DNA from: a virus
Virus record (IMG/VR): IMGVR_UViG_3300034782_000041
Coordinates: 10,407-74,406 of that record
DNA length: 64,000 nt
Strand: one strand, 5' to 3'
This document shows, piece after piece, positions 8,693-17,524 of the stretch (positions are counted from its first letter, which is position 1; every line of letters begins with the position of its first letter). The notes under the pieces are model-generated. The model searched no databases and was not told where the DNA came from. It saw nothing but the letters and a program-made list of their open reading frames with translations. The translations under genes and the position numbers were made by a program.

Positions 8693-10465
8693 GTGTTGTT
8701 GATCGCGTCCGCGATCTCAGGATTGCCGATGACAACACTCAAAAACATCATCCGTCTTACTGCTGCTGCCCCTGGCGTAACCACAGTCGCGCATGGGCTC
8801 AACATCGACGGCGTCAGTGTACGTCCCGACAAGTTGGAGACCTCGACCAGTGGGTCGTTTACGGTCTCAGCTGACGCAACGAACCTCACCGTGATCAACC
8901 AGGGTGGCGTAAGCGCTGATATCGACATCTACGTCGAGCACTGGCATACCATCGAGCGCGTGTTCGGCGCAGCAGGGACGACCGAACTGGCACCGCAACC
9001 GTTTCAACCCGGCGCGGGAAGTGGCGGTGCTGATCCTGGGGTCAACACGGTGCGGTTCGCGGATGATGGTGCACTCATCAACGTCTACGTCGATGGTGTC
9101 AACGGCAGCGATGACAACGATGGGCTAACCGAAGCAACTGCACTACAAACCATTCCTACTGTCTACCGCAAGTTCCCAATGATCACGTTGGAAAACTCTC
9201 GCGTCCGTGTGCATCTCGCAGGTGTTGGCGGCTTCGGTGCGAATGCGACAGCTCCACTCACATACGAGATCTGGACGATCTTGATTGGTGGGGGGGAAGG
9301 CTATCCTCGCGGCAACACCTACCAGTACATGGGACCCGAGATGGTTCCTGCAACGCCGACAACTGGCCCTGCGATTGCTGCGCTAGACAATCCTCCAGCC
9401 GTACAAATAGCTGGCGGTAGCGCGTCAGCTGGCGGTACACGGTCTGTGCGGTTCGATTTCACCGGAGCTGCTCCAGGTTGGACCGTCGATGATCTGCAAG
9501 GCAAGTATCTTCGGATCACGCGTGGTGGCGTGAAGGTCACGTGGGAGATGCCTATCTCGCGCAACACGGCAGATACAATCACCGTTCGCGTGACCGCGGT
9601 GGATACCATCATCCTCAACACCGACATAGCTGAGATCGTCGAGCCAGGAGCCAAGCTCGAAACATCTGGCGGAATTCCGACACCAGCGGTTTGCGGCGAT
9701 GGAGGATACGCGAACGCAAGCGAATCGTTGGGTGCATCGTTCGTCAGATGTAGCTTCCCTGGCGGCTTGTCGATCCTACGCGCGCAGTTTGCAACCTTCG
9801 ATCGCTGCAACCTCGACGAGGTTGGATGGGGGTGCTTCACCGACTCAAGTGTCATCAACTTCTTTGGCTGCACTGGAAGGTCTTTTTCCTTCATCGGAAC
9901 GAGTGTGGGTACGTATTTTTCGTGTATGCCGATCGAGACCAGCGCAGCGGATCCTATCCCAGGAAACAACCGTAAATTCGGTATCGAGTTGGCTTCGTGT
10001 GGTCAGTACGGACGGATAGAAATGCTCAGTCGAGGCAATCCAAACCATTTTCATGTGTGGGTTGGCCTCGCCATGGATTACCCAGAACTCTATGATGGAT
10101 TTGGCATCTTTGTACGTCACGAATCGCAACTCGTCTTGCATCGACGTGGTGTTGCCACCGGATGGCAAAAGCCTGCTATCCAAGGTCAGATCGATGACAC
10201 TGGGCCTGCCATCTTTGTTGTAGATGGAGGGCGGGCGTTGTTGCAAAGCAACGTGACTACTCCAGGTGTCGTCTCTGTCTACTGCAATGGTGGCGGGAAT
10301 CCTCTTCACATCGATGACGGCGCCGGGCTTTCCTGCGACTACGGTAACGGTGTTGGTGATTGGGAGGAAGCAGTAGGATACGACGGCTGTCTGTGGCAAG
10401 CACCGGCAGCTGGACTCAACGCTGACCCGGTCTCTGTCATTCGCGTCAACAAGTACAAGAACTAG
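8693..10465 (+). CDS. putative tail fiber / receptor-binding protein (N-terminal domain A)
   Basis: 590 aa; Gly/Thr/Val-rich beta-rich composition; N-terminal ~100 aa (..IYVEHWHTIERVFG..LAPQPFQPGAG) paralogous to the N-terminus of 10769-11479. Confidence 0.5.
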   Translation: MLLIASAISGLPMTTLKNIIRLTAAAPGVTTVAHGLNIDGVSVRPDKLETSTSGSFTVSADATNLTVINQGGVSADIDIYVEHWHTIERVFGAAGTTELAPQPFQPGAGSGGADPGVNTVRFADDGALINVYVDGVNGSDDNDGLTEATALQTIPTVYRKFPMITLENSRVRVHLAGVGGFGANATAPLTYEIWTILIGGGEGYPRGNTYQYMGPEMVPATPTTGPAIAALDNPPAVQIAGGSASAGGTRSVRFDFTGAAPGWTVDDLQGKYLRITRGGVKVTWEMPISRNTADTITVRVTAVDTIILNTDIAEIVEPGAKLETSGGIPTPAVCGDGGYANASESLGASFVRCSFPGGLSILRAQFATFDRCNLDEVGWGCFTDSSVINFFGCTGRSFSFIGTSVGTYFSCMPIETSAADPIPGNNRKFGIELASCGQYGRIEMLSRGNPNHFHVWVGLAMDYPELYDGFGIFVRHESQLVLHRRGVATGWQKPAIQGQIDDTGPAIFVVDGGRALLQSNVTTPGVVSVYCNGGGNPLHIDDGAGLSCDYGNGVGDWEEAVGYDGCLWQAPAAGLNADPVSVIRVNKYKN

Positions 10466-10474
10466 GAGCCGTCA

Positions 10475-10759
<285 letters not shown>

Positions 10760-10768
10760 GGTCTCTTC

Positions 10769-11479
10769 GTGGCAACCCAACTGAAAAACATTCTAGCGTT
10801 CAACAATGTTGCTGCCGGCGCGTTTGCAACGCTACCACACTCGCTCAACTACAAAGGTTTGGGCCTGGTCCCGGACAAGCTTCAGCTTGACAACGCCAAC
10901 TTCGCGTACATCTCAGCAGACAACGCGAATGTGACCGTGCAGAACAACGACGTTGCACCGGCTAGCTGCAATGTCCTTGTGGAGCACTGGCACACGATCG
11001 AGAGGACCTTCGGCCCGGATTCGGTCGTCGCGCTGAGCCCACAACCGTTCGTGCCGGCTATTGGAGGTGGTGGTGGTGGCGGCGGCACAGACCGCTACTC
11101 TCCGCCTGAGAAGTGGTACCAGGAGAACATTCCTGGAGGACAAGCGAATGTGGATCTTTCCGCGCTTGTCAGCGTCAGCTTCGACACGATCAAGATGATT
11201 CGCGCAGGTAGTATCGTTGGGCTGTCTACGCGTTTCACGCAGGCGATCACCGACGCCAACGCTGGCTCAGCTATCATCACCGTGACCGTCAATGGAGCGT
11301 CAGGGACATTATCGATTTCCCACGACGCTGGTTCCAATCCTACAGGTGGAGAGGCTACACAAGCACCGGCTGTAGACACTTTCGTAGCAGGTGATCTACT
11401 CGGCGTGGAGATCACAACGCTGGCTACGTTTGCACCAACAACCAACAAAGTTGAGGCATGGCTCGACTTGCAGTTCTAA
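10769..11479 (+). CDS. putative tail fiber paralog (domain A + poly-Gly + domain C)
   Basis: 236 aa; N-terminal VLVEHWHTIERTFG..LSPQPFVPAIGGGGGGGG shared with 8693-10465; C-terminal ~110 aa about 70% identical to the C-terminus of 11497-12117. Confidence 0.5.
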   Translation: MATQLKNILAFNNVAAGAFATLPHSLNYKGLGLVPDKLQLDNANFAYISADNANVTVQNNDVAPASCNVLVEHWHTIERTFGPDSVVALSPQPFVPAIGGGGGGGGTDRYSPPEKWYQENIPGGQANVDLSALVSVSFDTIKMIRAGSIVGLSTRFTQAITDANAGSAIITVTVNGASGTLSISHDAGSNPTGGEATQAPAVDTFVAGDLLGVEITTLATFAPTTNKVEAWLDLQF

Positions 11480-11496
11480 CCAGAAAGGTCTGAGAG

Positions 11497-12117
11497 ATGA
11501 GTATTGCACGTAGAGGCGGAGTAGACAGCGTTATCCTGCTGAGTGGGAGCGCTGGCAACGACCCGGGTGTGTACGCTGGAACGGCCGATCCCAGCGCTGG
11601 TGGTGGTGTTGCCGCGAAGGAAGGCTCTGTCTATCTTCGGTACGGCGCGGGTGCCGGACAGATCTGGTACAAGACCGCCGCAGCTGACACGGGATGGACG
11701 CAAAGCGATCCGTCAGCATCTGCGACCGTTCGTGAGATTCCCAGCGAGAAATGGGTCCAGAACAACGTCGCAGCCAGCCAGTCGAACGTCGATCTCAGCG
11801 CGCTTGTTTCGACGAGTTTCGACACCTTCAAGGCGATTCGTGCCGGAAGCATTGTCGGGCTTGCAACCAAGCTCACGGAAGCCATCACGGATGCGACCGC
11901 CGACAGTTTGATCGTCGCTGTGACGGTCAATGGCGCGACTGGCACGTTGGCCATCTCGCACAACAGCGGTGGCAACGCATCGGGTGGCGAGGCGACGCAA
12001 GCTAGCGGCATCGACACGTTCATCGCCGGTGACGAACTGGGCGTCGAGCTGACGACGCTGGGCACGTTCGCTCCGACGACGACCGATCTCGAAGCTGCGA
12101 TCGAGCTTGAGTTCTAG
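11497..12117 (+). CDS. putative tail fiber paralog (domain B + domain C)
   Basis: 206 aa; N-terminal ARRGGVDSVILLSGSAGNDPGVYAGTADPSAGGGVAAKEGSVYLRYGAGAGQIWYKT shared with 12127 and 14056 ORFs; C-terminal shared with 10769 ORF. Confidence 0.5.
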   Translation: MSIARRGGVDSVILLSGSAGNDPGVYAGTADPSAGGGVAAKEGSVYLRYGAGAGQIWYKTAAADTGWTQSDPSASATVREIPSEKWVQNNVAASQSNVDLSALVSTSFDTFKAIRAGSIVGLATKLTEAITDATADSLIVAVTVNGATGTLAISHNSGGNASGGEATQASGIDTFIAGDELGVELTTLGTFAPTTTDLEAAIELEF

Positions 12118-12126
12118 GAGCTGTAA

Positions 12127-12768
12127 ATGGCGCAAGGTAGACGAGGGGGCGCGGACTCATACCGCGTCTTGAGCGGCGGCGCAGGCGATCCGCGTCTACT
12201 CGCCGGAGAGGCAGATCCTAGCGCCGGTGGCGGGGTATCTGCGCCAGAAGGTTCGCTTTACCTTCGCTACACCGCTGCGGCTGGACAAGCGTGGTGGAAG
12301 TCCGGTGCTGGAGACACTGCTTGGACGCAGGTAGGTAGCGGCGGGGGCGGCTTTGGTACGTCCGGGCAAACCCTCATCAATACAATCCGTGCCGGGGATG
12401 TCGAAAGCCACGACAGCGCGACGCCATTGATCGTCAGCCAGTTTGCATTCGATCCGTCAGAGTACGTGCTCACGGGCTGCACGCGCAGCCTAGTGTTTCG
12501 CGCTGTCGCTGCCAATGGCGGCGGGGCTGCACAGACTAAGGCTCGGGTCTACAACCTCACTGACGGTGAGTATGTGGGCTCCGGGCTGACGTTCGTCAAC
12601 GCAGCTTCTACGAAGCAGCAAGAGACGCTGACCATCGGAGCGGGTGCAGGCGAAGTCGATGATAGCGAGAAGCTCTACGAAGTGCATATCTGGGTTGTTG
12701 CGCCCGGAGCCGGAGAAACCATCGAGTTGGGCAGCGCAGAGCTGCGCATGATCAACACGATCAATTAG
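12127..12768 (+). CDS. putative tail fiber paralog (domain B + unique C-terminal domain)
   Basis: 213 aa; N-terminal MAQGRRGGADSYRVLSGGAGDP..ADPSAGGGVSAPEGSLYLRY paralogous to 11497 and 14056 ORFs. Confidence 0.5.
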   Translation: MAQGRRGGADSYRVLSGGAGDPRLLAGEADPSAGGGVSAPEGSLYLRYTAAAGQAWWKSGAGDTAWTQVGSGGGGFGTSGQTLINTIRAGDVESHDSATPLIVSQFAFDPSEYVLTGCTRSLVFRAVAANGGGAAQTKARVYNLTDGEYVGSGLTFVNAASTKQQETLTIGAGAGEVDDSEKLYEVHIWVVAPGAGETIELGSAELRMINTIN

Positions 12769-12776
12769 AGGTAAGC

Positions 12777-13784
12777 ATGGCGCTTCCGACGAAAGAAAAG
12801 ACCTGGCAGTACGGTACTGCTGGTGACCCCGACGCTTTCCTGAATTACACCATCGCTGGTACAGCGAATGCTCGCGAGACAGCTCAACGAGCACTCTGGT
12901 GGATCAAAGAGTGCTTGATAGGGTTCTCGAATGCTCCCTGGACGGTCGTTGGGTCGTGTGATGCGTCTTCGTTCGCGATGGACGGCACTGACTACTGGGT
13001 GGATTACGAAGACATCGTTTTCCAGACTGATGCGAACGACTACTCCTGGATCGTTTTGAAGCAAACCGGGATCGCGGCCAACTTCCAGATCTGTATCGCT
13101 GCGCTCACTGCCAACGCAACGTATCCCCGGATCACGTTGGTGGTTTCGCAGAACGCCGGGTTTACGGGTGGAGGTCTTTCTGATCGACCTACTGCCACAG
13201 ATGAGCGTGTGGTTCTTGACGAAAGTGATTGGTTCTGGATCTCCAGCTCGACCAACTCTGATGGTGTGATCGATGTGATGGAGTCCACGGATGGAGAATG
13301 CACACGCGTCGTGTTCTGCGGGAGCAACGCTGCGGTTGCGTTGCTTCTAATCGATAAGCCCAAAAACCCGGATGCGAACTGGACGAATCCGTGGGTTGTC
13401 GGCCACAAACGAGGTAACCAGGGCAGCGATCAGCTTACCTATTCCAGCTTCAACGACAACGACGAATTCTATGGTCAGTTTACGGGCGTGGACACTACGT
13501 ACTATCTCGCCACGATTGGCTTCAACAACGCCATGATCGGCGAGCAAATTGGTGGTGCAAACGAAGTAGAAAACGCCTACGAAATCTATCCGATCTGGCT
13601 CTACTGCCCTACGGCGTCACGTAAAGGAACGCACGGACAGCTATACGATCTCTGGTTCAGTGCTGCGGATGGCGTTGTCACTGGAGACACGTATCCTCTC
13701 GCTGGCGGAATGACGTTCGCACAATTCAGCGAGATGGTGTTTGCCTGGGACGGTGCAACTGTTCCAGTCATTACCGGAAGCTAA
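12777..13784 (+). CDS. hypothetical virion structural protein
   Basis: 335 aa, embedded in the fiber cassette, Asn/Thr/Gly-rich. Confidence 0.4.
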   Translation: MALPTKEKTWQYGTAGDPDAFLNYTIAGTANARETAQRALWWIKECLIGFSNAPWTVVGSCDASSFAMDGTDYWVDYEDIVFQTDANDYSWIVLKQTGIAANFQICIAALTANATYPRITLVVSQNAGFTGGGLSDRPTATDERVVLDESDWFWISSSTNSDGVIDVMESTDGECTRVVFCGSNAAVALLLIDKPKNPDANWTNPWVVGHKRGNQGSDQLTYSSFNDNDEFYGQFTGVDTTYYLATIGFNNAMIGEQIGGANEVENAYEIYPIWLYCPTASRKGTHGQLYDLWFSAADGVVTGDTYPLAGGMTFAQFSEMVFAWDGATVPVITGS

Positions 13785-13795
13785 GAAGCCTAGTC

Positions 13796-14053
13796 ATGGC
13801 TGACGTAGATGGATTCAATATTGACGCCCCGGCGGGCTTTCCGAAGTGGAGCCAGAAGGGCGGCAAAATAGGCTTCGAGATCCCGGTCGATCAACCAGGC
13901 AGTGGCGGTTTGACGTACCGCATGCGTGGTTATGACACGACGCTTACACAGATTGTGTTCTGGTCCTCGGACCACGTGGATTCAACGGCCGCTGATTACA
14001 GCGGTCCAGGACCGGTTATCGACATTGTCGTGCAGGATATTCTTGGAGCATAG
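13796..14053 (+). CDS. hypothetical small protein
   Basis: 85-aa ORF between cassette genes. Confidence 0.35.
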   Translation: MADVDGFNIDAPAGFPKWSQKGGKIGFEIPVDQPGSGGLTYRMRGYDTTLTQIVFWSSDHVDSTAADYSGPGPVIDIVVQDILGA

Positions 14054-14055
14054 TC

Positions 14056-14751
14056 ATGGCAGAAGGTAGACGTGGTGGCGCGAACAGCTACCGAGTGATC
14101 TCGGGCGGTGCAGGCGATCCGTTGGTTCTTGCAGGCACCGCGGATCCGACTGCTGGTGGTGGTGTTGCTGCACCCGAAGGTAGCTTCTACATGCGCTACG
14201 TCGCAGCCGGCGGCGAGTGCTATCTCAAGACCGGCGCGGCCGACACTGCCTGGACGAAGATCGATCCGACTGCCGGTGCAGCTCCTGCGTATGGGATGCT
14301 CTACACAGCAGATCAAGCAGGCACGAACTACAACTTCAGCGGCAACGAGAATACCTGGACGAAGCAAGCCAGCGGGCTCTGGGAAGCGGAGGGGCCAGCT
14401 AGCGGTTGCTCCGTAGATAAGGATACGGGGGAGGTCACGCTTCCAGCGCGCGACGCCAACTGGCTCGTGACCTACCAGCTCACCTTCGACAACGCCAACA
14501 ACGTGACAGCCTGGGGATGCGAGTTCGCGGTGTATCTGAATGCTGCGCAGCAAGCTCAGTCGGTCGTTAGCTCGGGTGGCCCAGCAAGCTGGGACAGCAC
14601 CTATGACGATCCACGAATCACGATCTCCAGCACATCGATTGTGGAGGCCGGCGCGTCAGACGTGATCTCGCTCTACGCGTTCCGCATCACCAGTCTAGTG
14701 TATCCCAGCGATGTCTTCGCAGCGCAACTCACAGTCACGGAGCTACGATGA
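14056..14751 (+). CDS. putative tail fiber paralog (domain B + unique C-terminal domain)
   Basis: 231 aa; N-terminal MAEGRRGGANSYRVISGGAGDPLVLAGTADPTAGGGVAAPEGSFYMRY paralogous to 11497 and 12127 ORFs. Confidence 0.5.
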   Translation: MAEGRRGGANSYRVISGGAGDPLVLAGTADPTAGGGVAAPEGSFYMRYVAAGGECYLKTGAADTAWTKIDPTAGAAPAYGMLYTADQAGTNYNFSGNENTWTKQASGLWEAEGPASGCSVDKDTGEVTLPARDANWLVTYQLTFDNANNVTAWGCEFAVYLNAAQQAQSVVSSGGPASWDSTYDDPRITISSTSIVEAGASDVISLYAFRITSLVYPSDVFAAQLTVTELR

Positions 14752-15038
14752 AAAAACGTCAGCATGTCAACGTCTGCGGTATCCGTGTTCCTGTTATGCA
14801 GGTCAAAACGTATGGCGGCGGCCACATCTACCCTACAGCACGTGACATAGGCACTCACGCAAAAGTCAGCCGCGCAACCGCGCAGAAGCTTGCCAACTCA
14901 GTAGGTGCTCGTCGTCTTCCTCCTCCTGGTTACGAGACGAAGCTCTGCCAGAGCACGTGGCTCGTCAACCGGGCAGGCCGCTTTGAGGTAGATCGTCGAG
15001 CATCGGGGGGCTTGCAGGGCCGAAGAGGTCGCCGCTGA
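14748..15038 (+). CDS. hypothetical protein
   Basis: 96-aa ORF; start overlaps upstream stop (ATGA). Confidence 0.35.
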   Translation: MKKRQHVNVCGIRVPVMQVKTYGGGHIYPTARDIGTHAKVSRATAQKLANSVGARRLPPPGYETKLCQSTWLVNRAGRFEVDRRASGGLQGRRGRR

Positions 15039-15039
15039 C

Positions 15040-15414
15040 GTGCGTCAGTTCGCGGGCATCTTCCTTGTCCGTGACGACGGGGCGATCCTGCTCGCCAGGC
15101 GCTCACAAAACGTCTCGGAGCCCGGATGGTGGTCGATCCCCGGAGGCGCGGTCAAACCCGGTGAGGACGTTGTAGCAGGCGCGCTGCGCGAATTCTGTGA
15201 GGAGATGGGTAGCGTTCCGCCACTACAGCTCGCGAGCTGGCATCCGGTGCGAATCCCGAAAGGCGTTTTCACGACTGTCATAGCTACGATTCCAACCAAC
15301 GCGGGGCTGCATTGGCGGCCGCGTCTCAACTGGGAACACGACCATTGGGGCTGGTTTCATGTAGACCAACTACCACGGCCGCTACACCCAGGCGTGAAGC
15401 ATTTCATTCGCTAG
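15040..15414 (+). CDS. Nudix hydrolase
   Basis: Nudix box GGAVKPGEDVVAGALREFCEEMG (G-x5-E-x7-REuxEExGu). Confidence 0.65.
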   Translation: MRQFAGIFLVRDDGAILLARRSQNVSEPGWWSIPGGAVKPGEDVVAGALREFCEEMGSVPPLQLASWHPVRIPKGVFTTVIATIPTNAGLHWRPRLNWEHDHWGWFHVDQLPRPLHPGVKHFIR

Positions 15415-15438
15415 CTCACCGGTGCTAGACTGGGGCTA

Positions 15439-15867
15439 GTGTACGTTCTAGGTTTCACGGACACGCAGATCGAAGCTCTCTACAAAGCTGAGAGCTGGAA
15501 TGCTGAAGAGCAACGTGGGATGCTCGAAGACGCAGCACGTCCAGGAGGCTTTGAGCGTATCTACAGCATCTACAAGCTGGCTGGCGGCAAGCGTGACCGT
15601 GAAGGCTACTTGATCTACTTTGCTGACGCTGCCCGGGATCGGGGCATGCTCAGTGAAGCGTTGGCAATGCTACGCCAAGCATCGAACGCAGAGCTGGCGT
15701 CGATGCACTATCGCTCCGAGACATCACTTCGCGGCCTAATTGAGCAGGTGCAACAGGAGCGCAGCATGTATACTGGCCGACTCAAGCTCGTAACAGGCTT
15801 GGGCTTCGTTGGTATCATCAGCGCGAGCATCGCTTACACGACGGCGCTCTACTACCGCGACCGTTAG
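15439..15867 (+). CDS. hypothetical protein with C-terminal transmembrane helix
   Basis: 142 aa; LVTGLGFVGIISASIAYTTALYY hydrophobic tail. Confidence 0.4.
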   Translation: MYVLGFTDTQIEALYKAESWNAEEQRGMLEDAARPGGFERIYSIYKLAGGKRDREGYLIYFADAARDRGMLSEALAMLRQASNAELASMHYRSETSLRGLIEQVQQERSMYTGRLKLVTGLGFVGIISASIAYTTALYYRDR

Positions 15868-15876
15868 GGGGGAATC

Positions 15877-16095
15877 ATGGAGACCATCTCAACGTACTGC
15901 GAATGCAGTTGCCATACCGGTGTTGATCACGGCCCCGACCATCAGTGTCTTCCTGTCTGCGCACGCTGCGTGTTCTGCGGGCGTCCAGTGAAGCTCATCT
16001 TCCTGTCAGAACATCAAGCGCAATGTGCTGCACGCTTGGCGCTCTCGCACGTCGAGCAGCGAGTTGCTCTACGGCATGCTGCCGCAGCATCGTAG
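15877..16095 (+). CDS. hypothetical Cys-rich small protein
   Basis: 72 aa, 8 Cys. Confidence 0.3.
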   Translation: METISTYCECSCHTGVDHGPDHQCLPVCARCVFCGRPVKLIFLSEHQAQCAARLALSHVEQRVALRHAAAAS

Positions 16096-16295
16096 TTGTG
16101 GCATCGCTGTCAGTGACCTGTACTCGCGCAAGCGCTTCTAGGCTCTGATCGGACAGCGAATCCAGCACCGCACACACAGCCTCCTGCAACGTCCTCGCCA
16201 CTGACCATCTCCTATCGCCTCCACAAAGCGTACCACAAGCCTACGGCATTCTACGCCCCTTCTTCTATCTCCTGGATCTCCTGGCTAGTCCCCAA

Positions 16296-16550
16296 CTATT
16301 TGCGGCACATCGGCCGCGTACGTAGATGCGCGGCTTCTGCCTTCGCTGTATCGAAAGCGTCTTCCTTGTCATCGGTGAAGTAACCGCCGTCCTTACCGCC
16401 CACCGTTCGACCGTTGACAACTGACCGCACGATGAATTCATCCAACTCGGAATCGCGGTAGACACCTACCGAGCACTTCGCACCAACACGAATAGTATGG
16501 ATCTTTCTACGTGCCATCTTTGTTCCTCGCGTCGCTGTCGGGAGATTCAT
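16296..16550 (-). CDS. hypothetical protein
   Basis: 84-aa ORF. Confidence 0.35.
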   Translation of the reverse strand: MNLPTATRGTKMARRKIHTIRVGAKCSVGVYRDSELDEFIVRSVVNGRTVGGKDGGYFTDDKEDAFDTAKAEAAHLRTRPMCRK

Positions 16551-16601
16551 TGTATCGTATCACCGAAAGCGGAGTCGCACAAAGCTGACGCTGGATTGGC
16601 A

Positions 16602-17027
16602 CTACCGTAGGCCTGCCAAAGCCTCCCAGAGGTCATTGCAGCCGTGCCTTAGCTGTTCGAGCTGCTCCCGCTCCTCCTTCGTGAAGTCGAACACATAGCC
16701 GTACGTCTCTGCGAGCAGGTCGCGAGCTATGCGAACCATCACCCGGGCTTCAACACGGCGGCGGGCTCTGTTGTCACTTACGTCGCTTGGCGTAGCACGC
16801 CTTCGTTCCAGGACGTCTACGCCCTTACTGGTGATCCAGCAGCACTCACTGTCTGTGCCTGCCAGACCCTTCTTGACCAAGCTTGCCATGATGCCGCCCG
16901 CGCTCGGGCCGAAGCTTTCACATGCGCAGTCCACCCAGATGGGATCGTTCACGGGTTCACGCCCGTCGTGGTACTCGCTGTCAAAGATCGCGTTCAGGAG
17001 ATCAAGTTCGTTTTTCGTTACGTCCAT
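16602..17027 (-). CDS. hypothetical protein
   Basis: 141-aa ORF. Confidence 0.4.
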   Translation of the reverse strand: MDVTKNELDLLNAIFDSEYHDGREPVNDPIWVDCACESFGPSAGGIMASLVKKGLAGTDSECCWITSKGVDVLERRRATPSDVSDNRARRRVEARVMVRIARDLLAETYGYVFDFTKEEREQLEQLRHGCNDLWEALAGLR

Positions 17028-17035
17028 CGCAGCTC

Positions 17036-17317
17036 CTATTTGCGGTCGTCGCCTTTGATCCGTGTGATGAGATACCTAGCTACTCGATCTCGGTAGTGCG
17101 GGTCGGGAATCGTGAACGTGTCAGTGTGCGTGCCATCGTCCACAAGACCACACTCCCTGAGTGCCCTCGGCCAAGACTCCTCGAAGTCACGGCCACGGAA
17201 GGTGTGGCTGAATAGGCCTTTCGTGACGGCAACGAGGCCGGAAGGCTTCTGCTCTTCGATTACGGTCTTTAGTTGGCGCACGAGTTTTTTGTAGTCGGGA
17301 CGATTCAGCATCTTCAC
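17036..17317 (-). CDS. hypothetical protein
   Basis: 93-aa ORF. Confidence 0.4.
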   Translation of the reverse strand: MKMLNRPDYKKLVRQLKTVIEEQKPSGLVAVTKGLFSHTFRGRDFEESWPRALRECGLVDDGTHTDTFTIPDPHYRDRVARYLITRIKGDDRK

Positions 17318-17323
17318 CCTCGC

Positions 17324-17515
17324 CTATGCACCGTTGTAGTAGAGGATGTTCCCGCAGGCGCGGCACTGTATAGTGACCCAGTTCGAGGACTCGTCCTCCT
17401 CGTCGAATGAGCCGACTTCGGCTTGGATCCTGATCGATCCGCACTTGCAGCGGATGGGGTGGACGCCTGTGCGGCCTACCTTACGGGTCTTCTTGACGTT
17501 TTCTCGGTAGAGCAT
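17324..17515 (-). CDS. small zinc-ribbon protein
   Basis: 63 aa; CKCGS..IQCRACG (two CxxC pairs). Confidence 0.35.
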   Translation of the reverse strand: MLYRENVKKTRKVGRTGVHPIRCKCGSIRIQAEVGSFDEEDESSNWVTIQCRACGNILYYNGA

Positions 17516-17524
17516 CTTGTCCTC

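Noticed and set aside
9319-10399. Minus-strand ORFs (216 and 184 aa) within the 590-aa fiber gene
   Set aside because: Antisense, low-complexity; the plus-strand ORF shares a conserved domain with a paralog.
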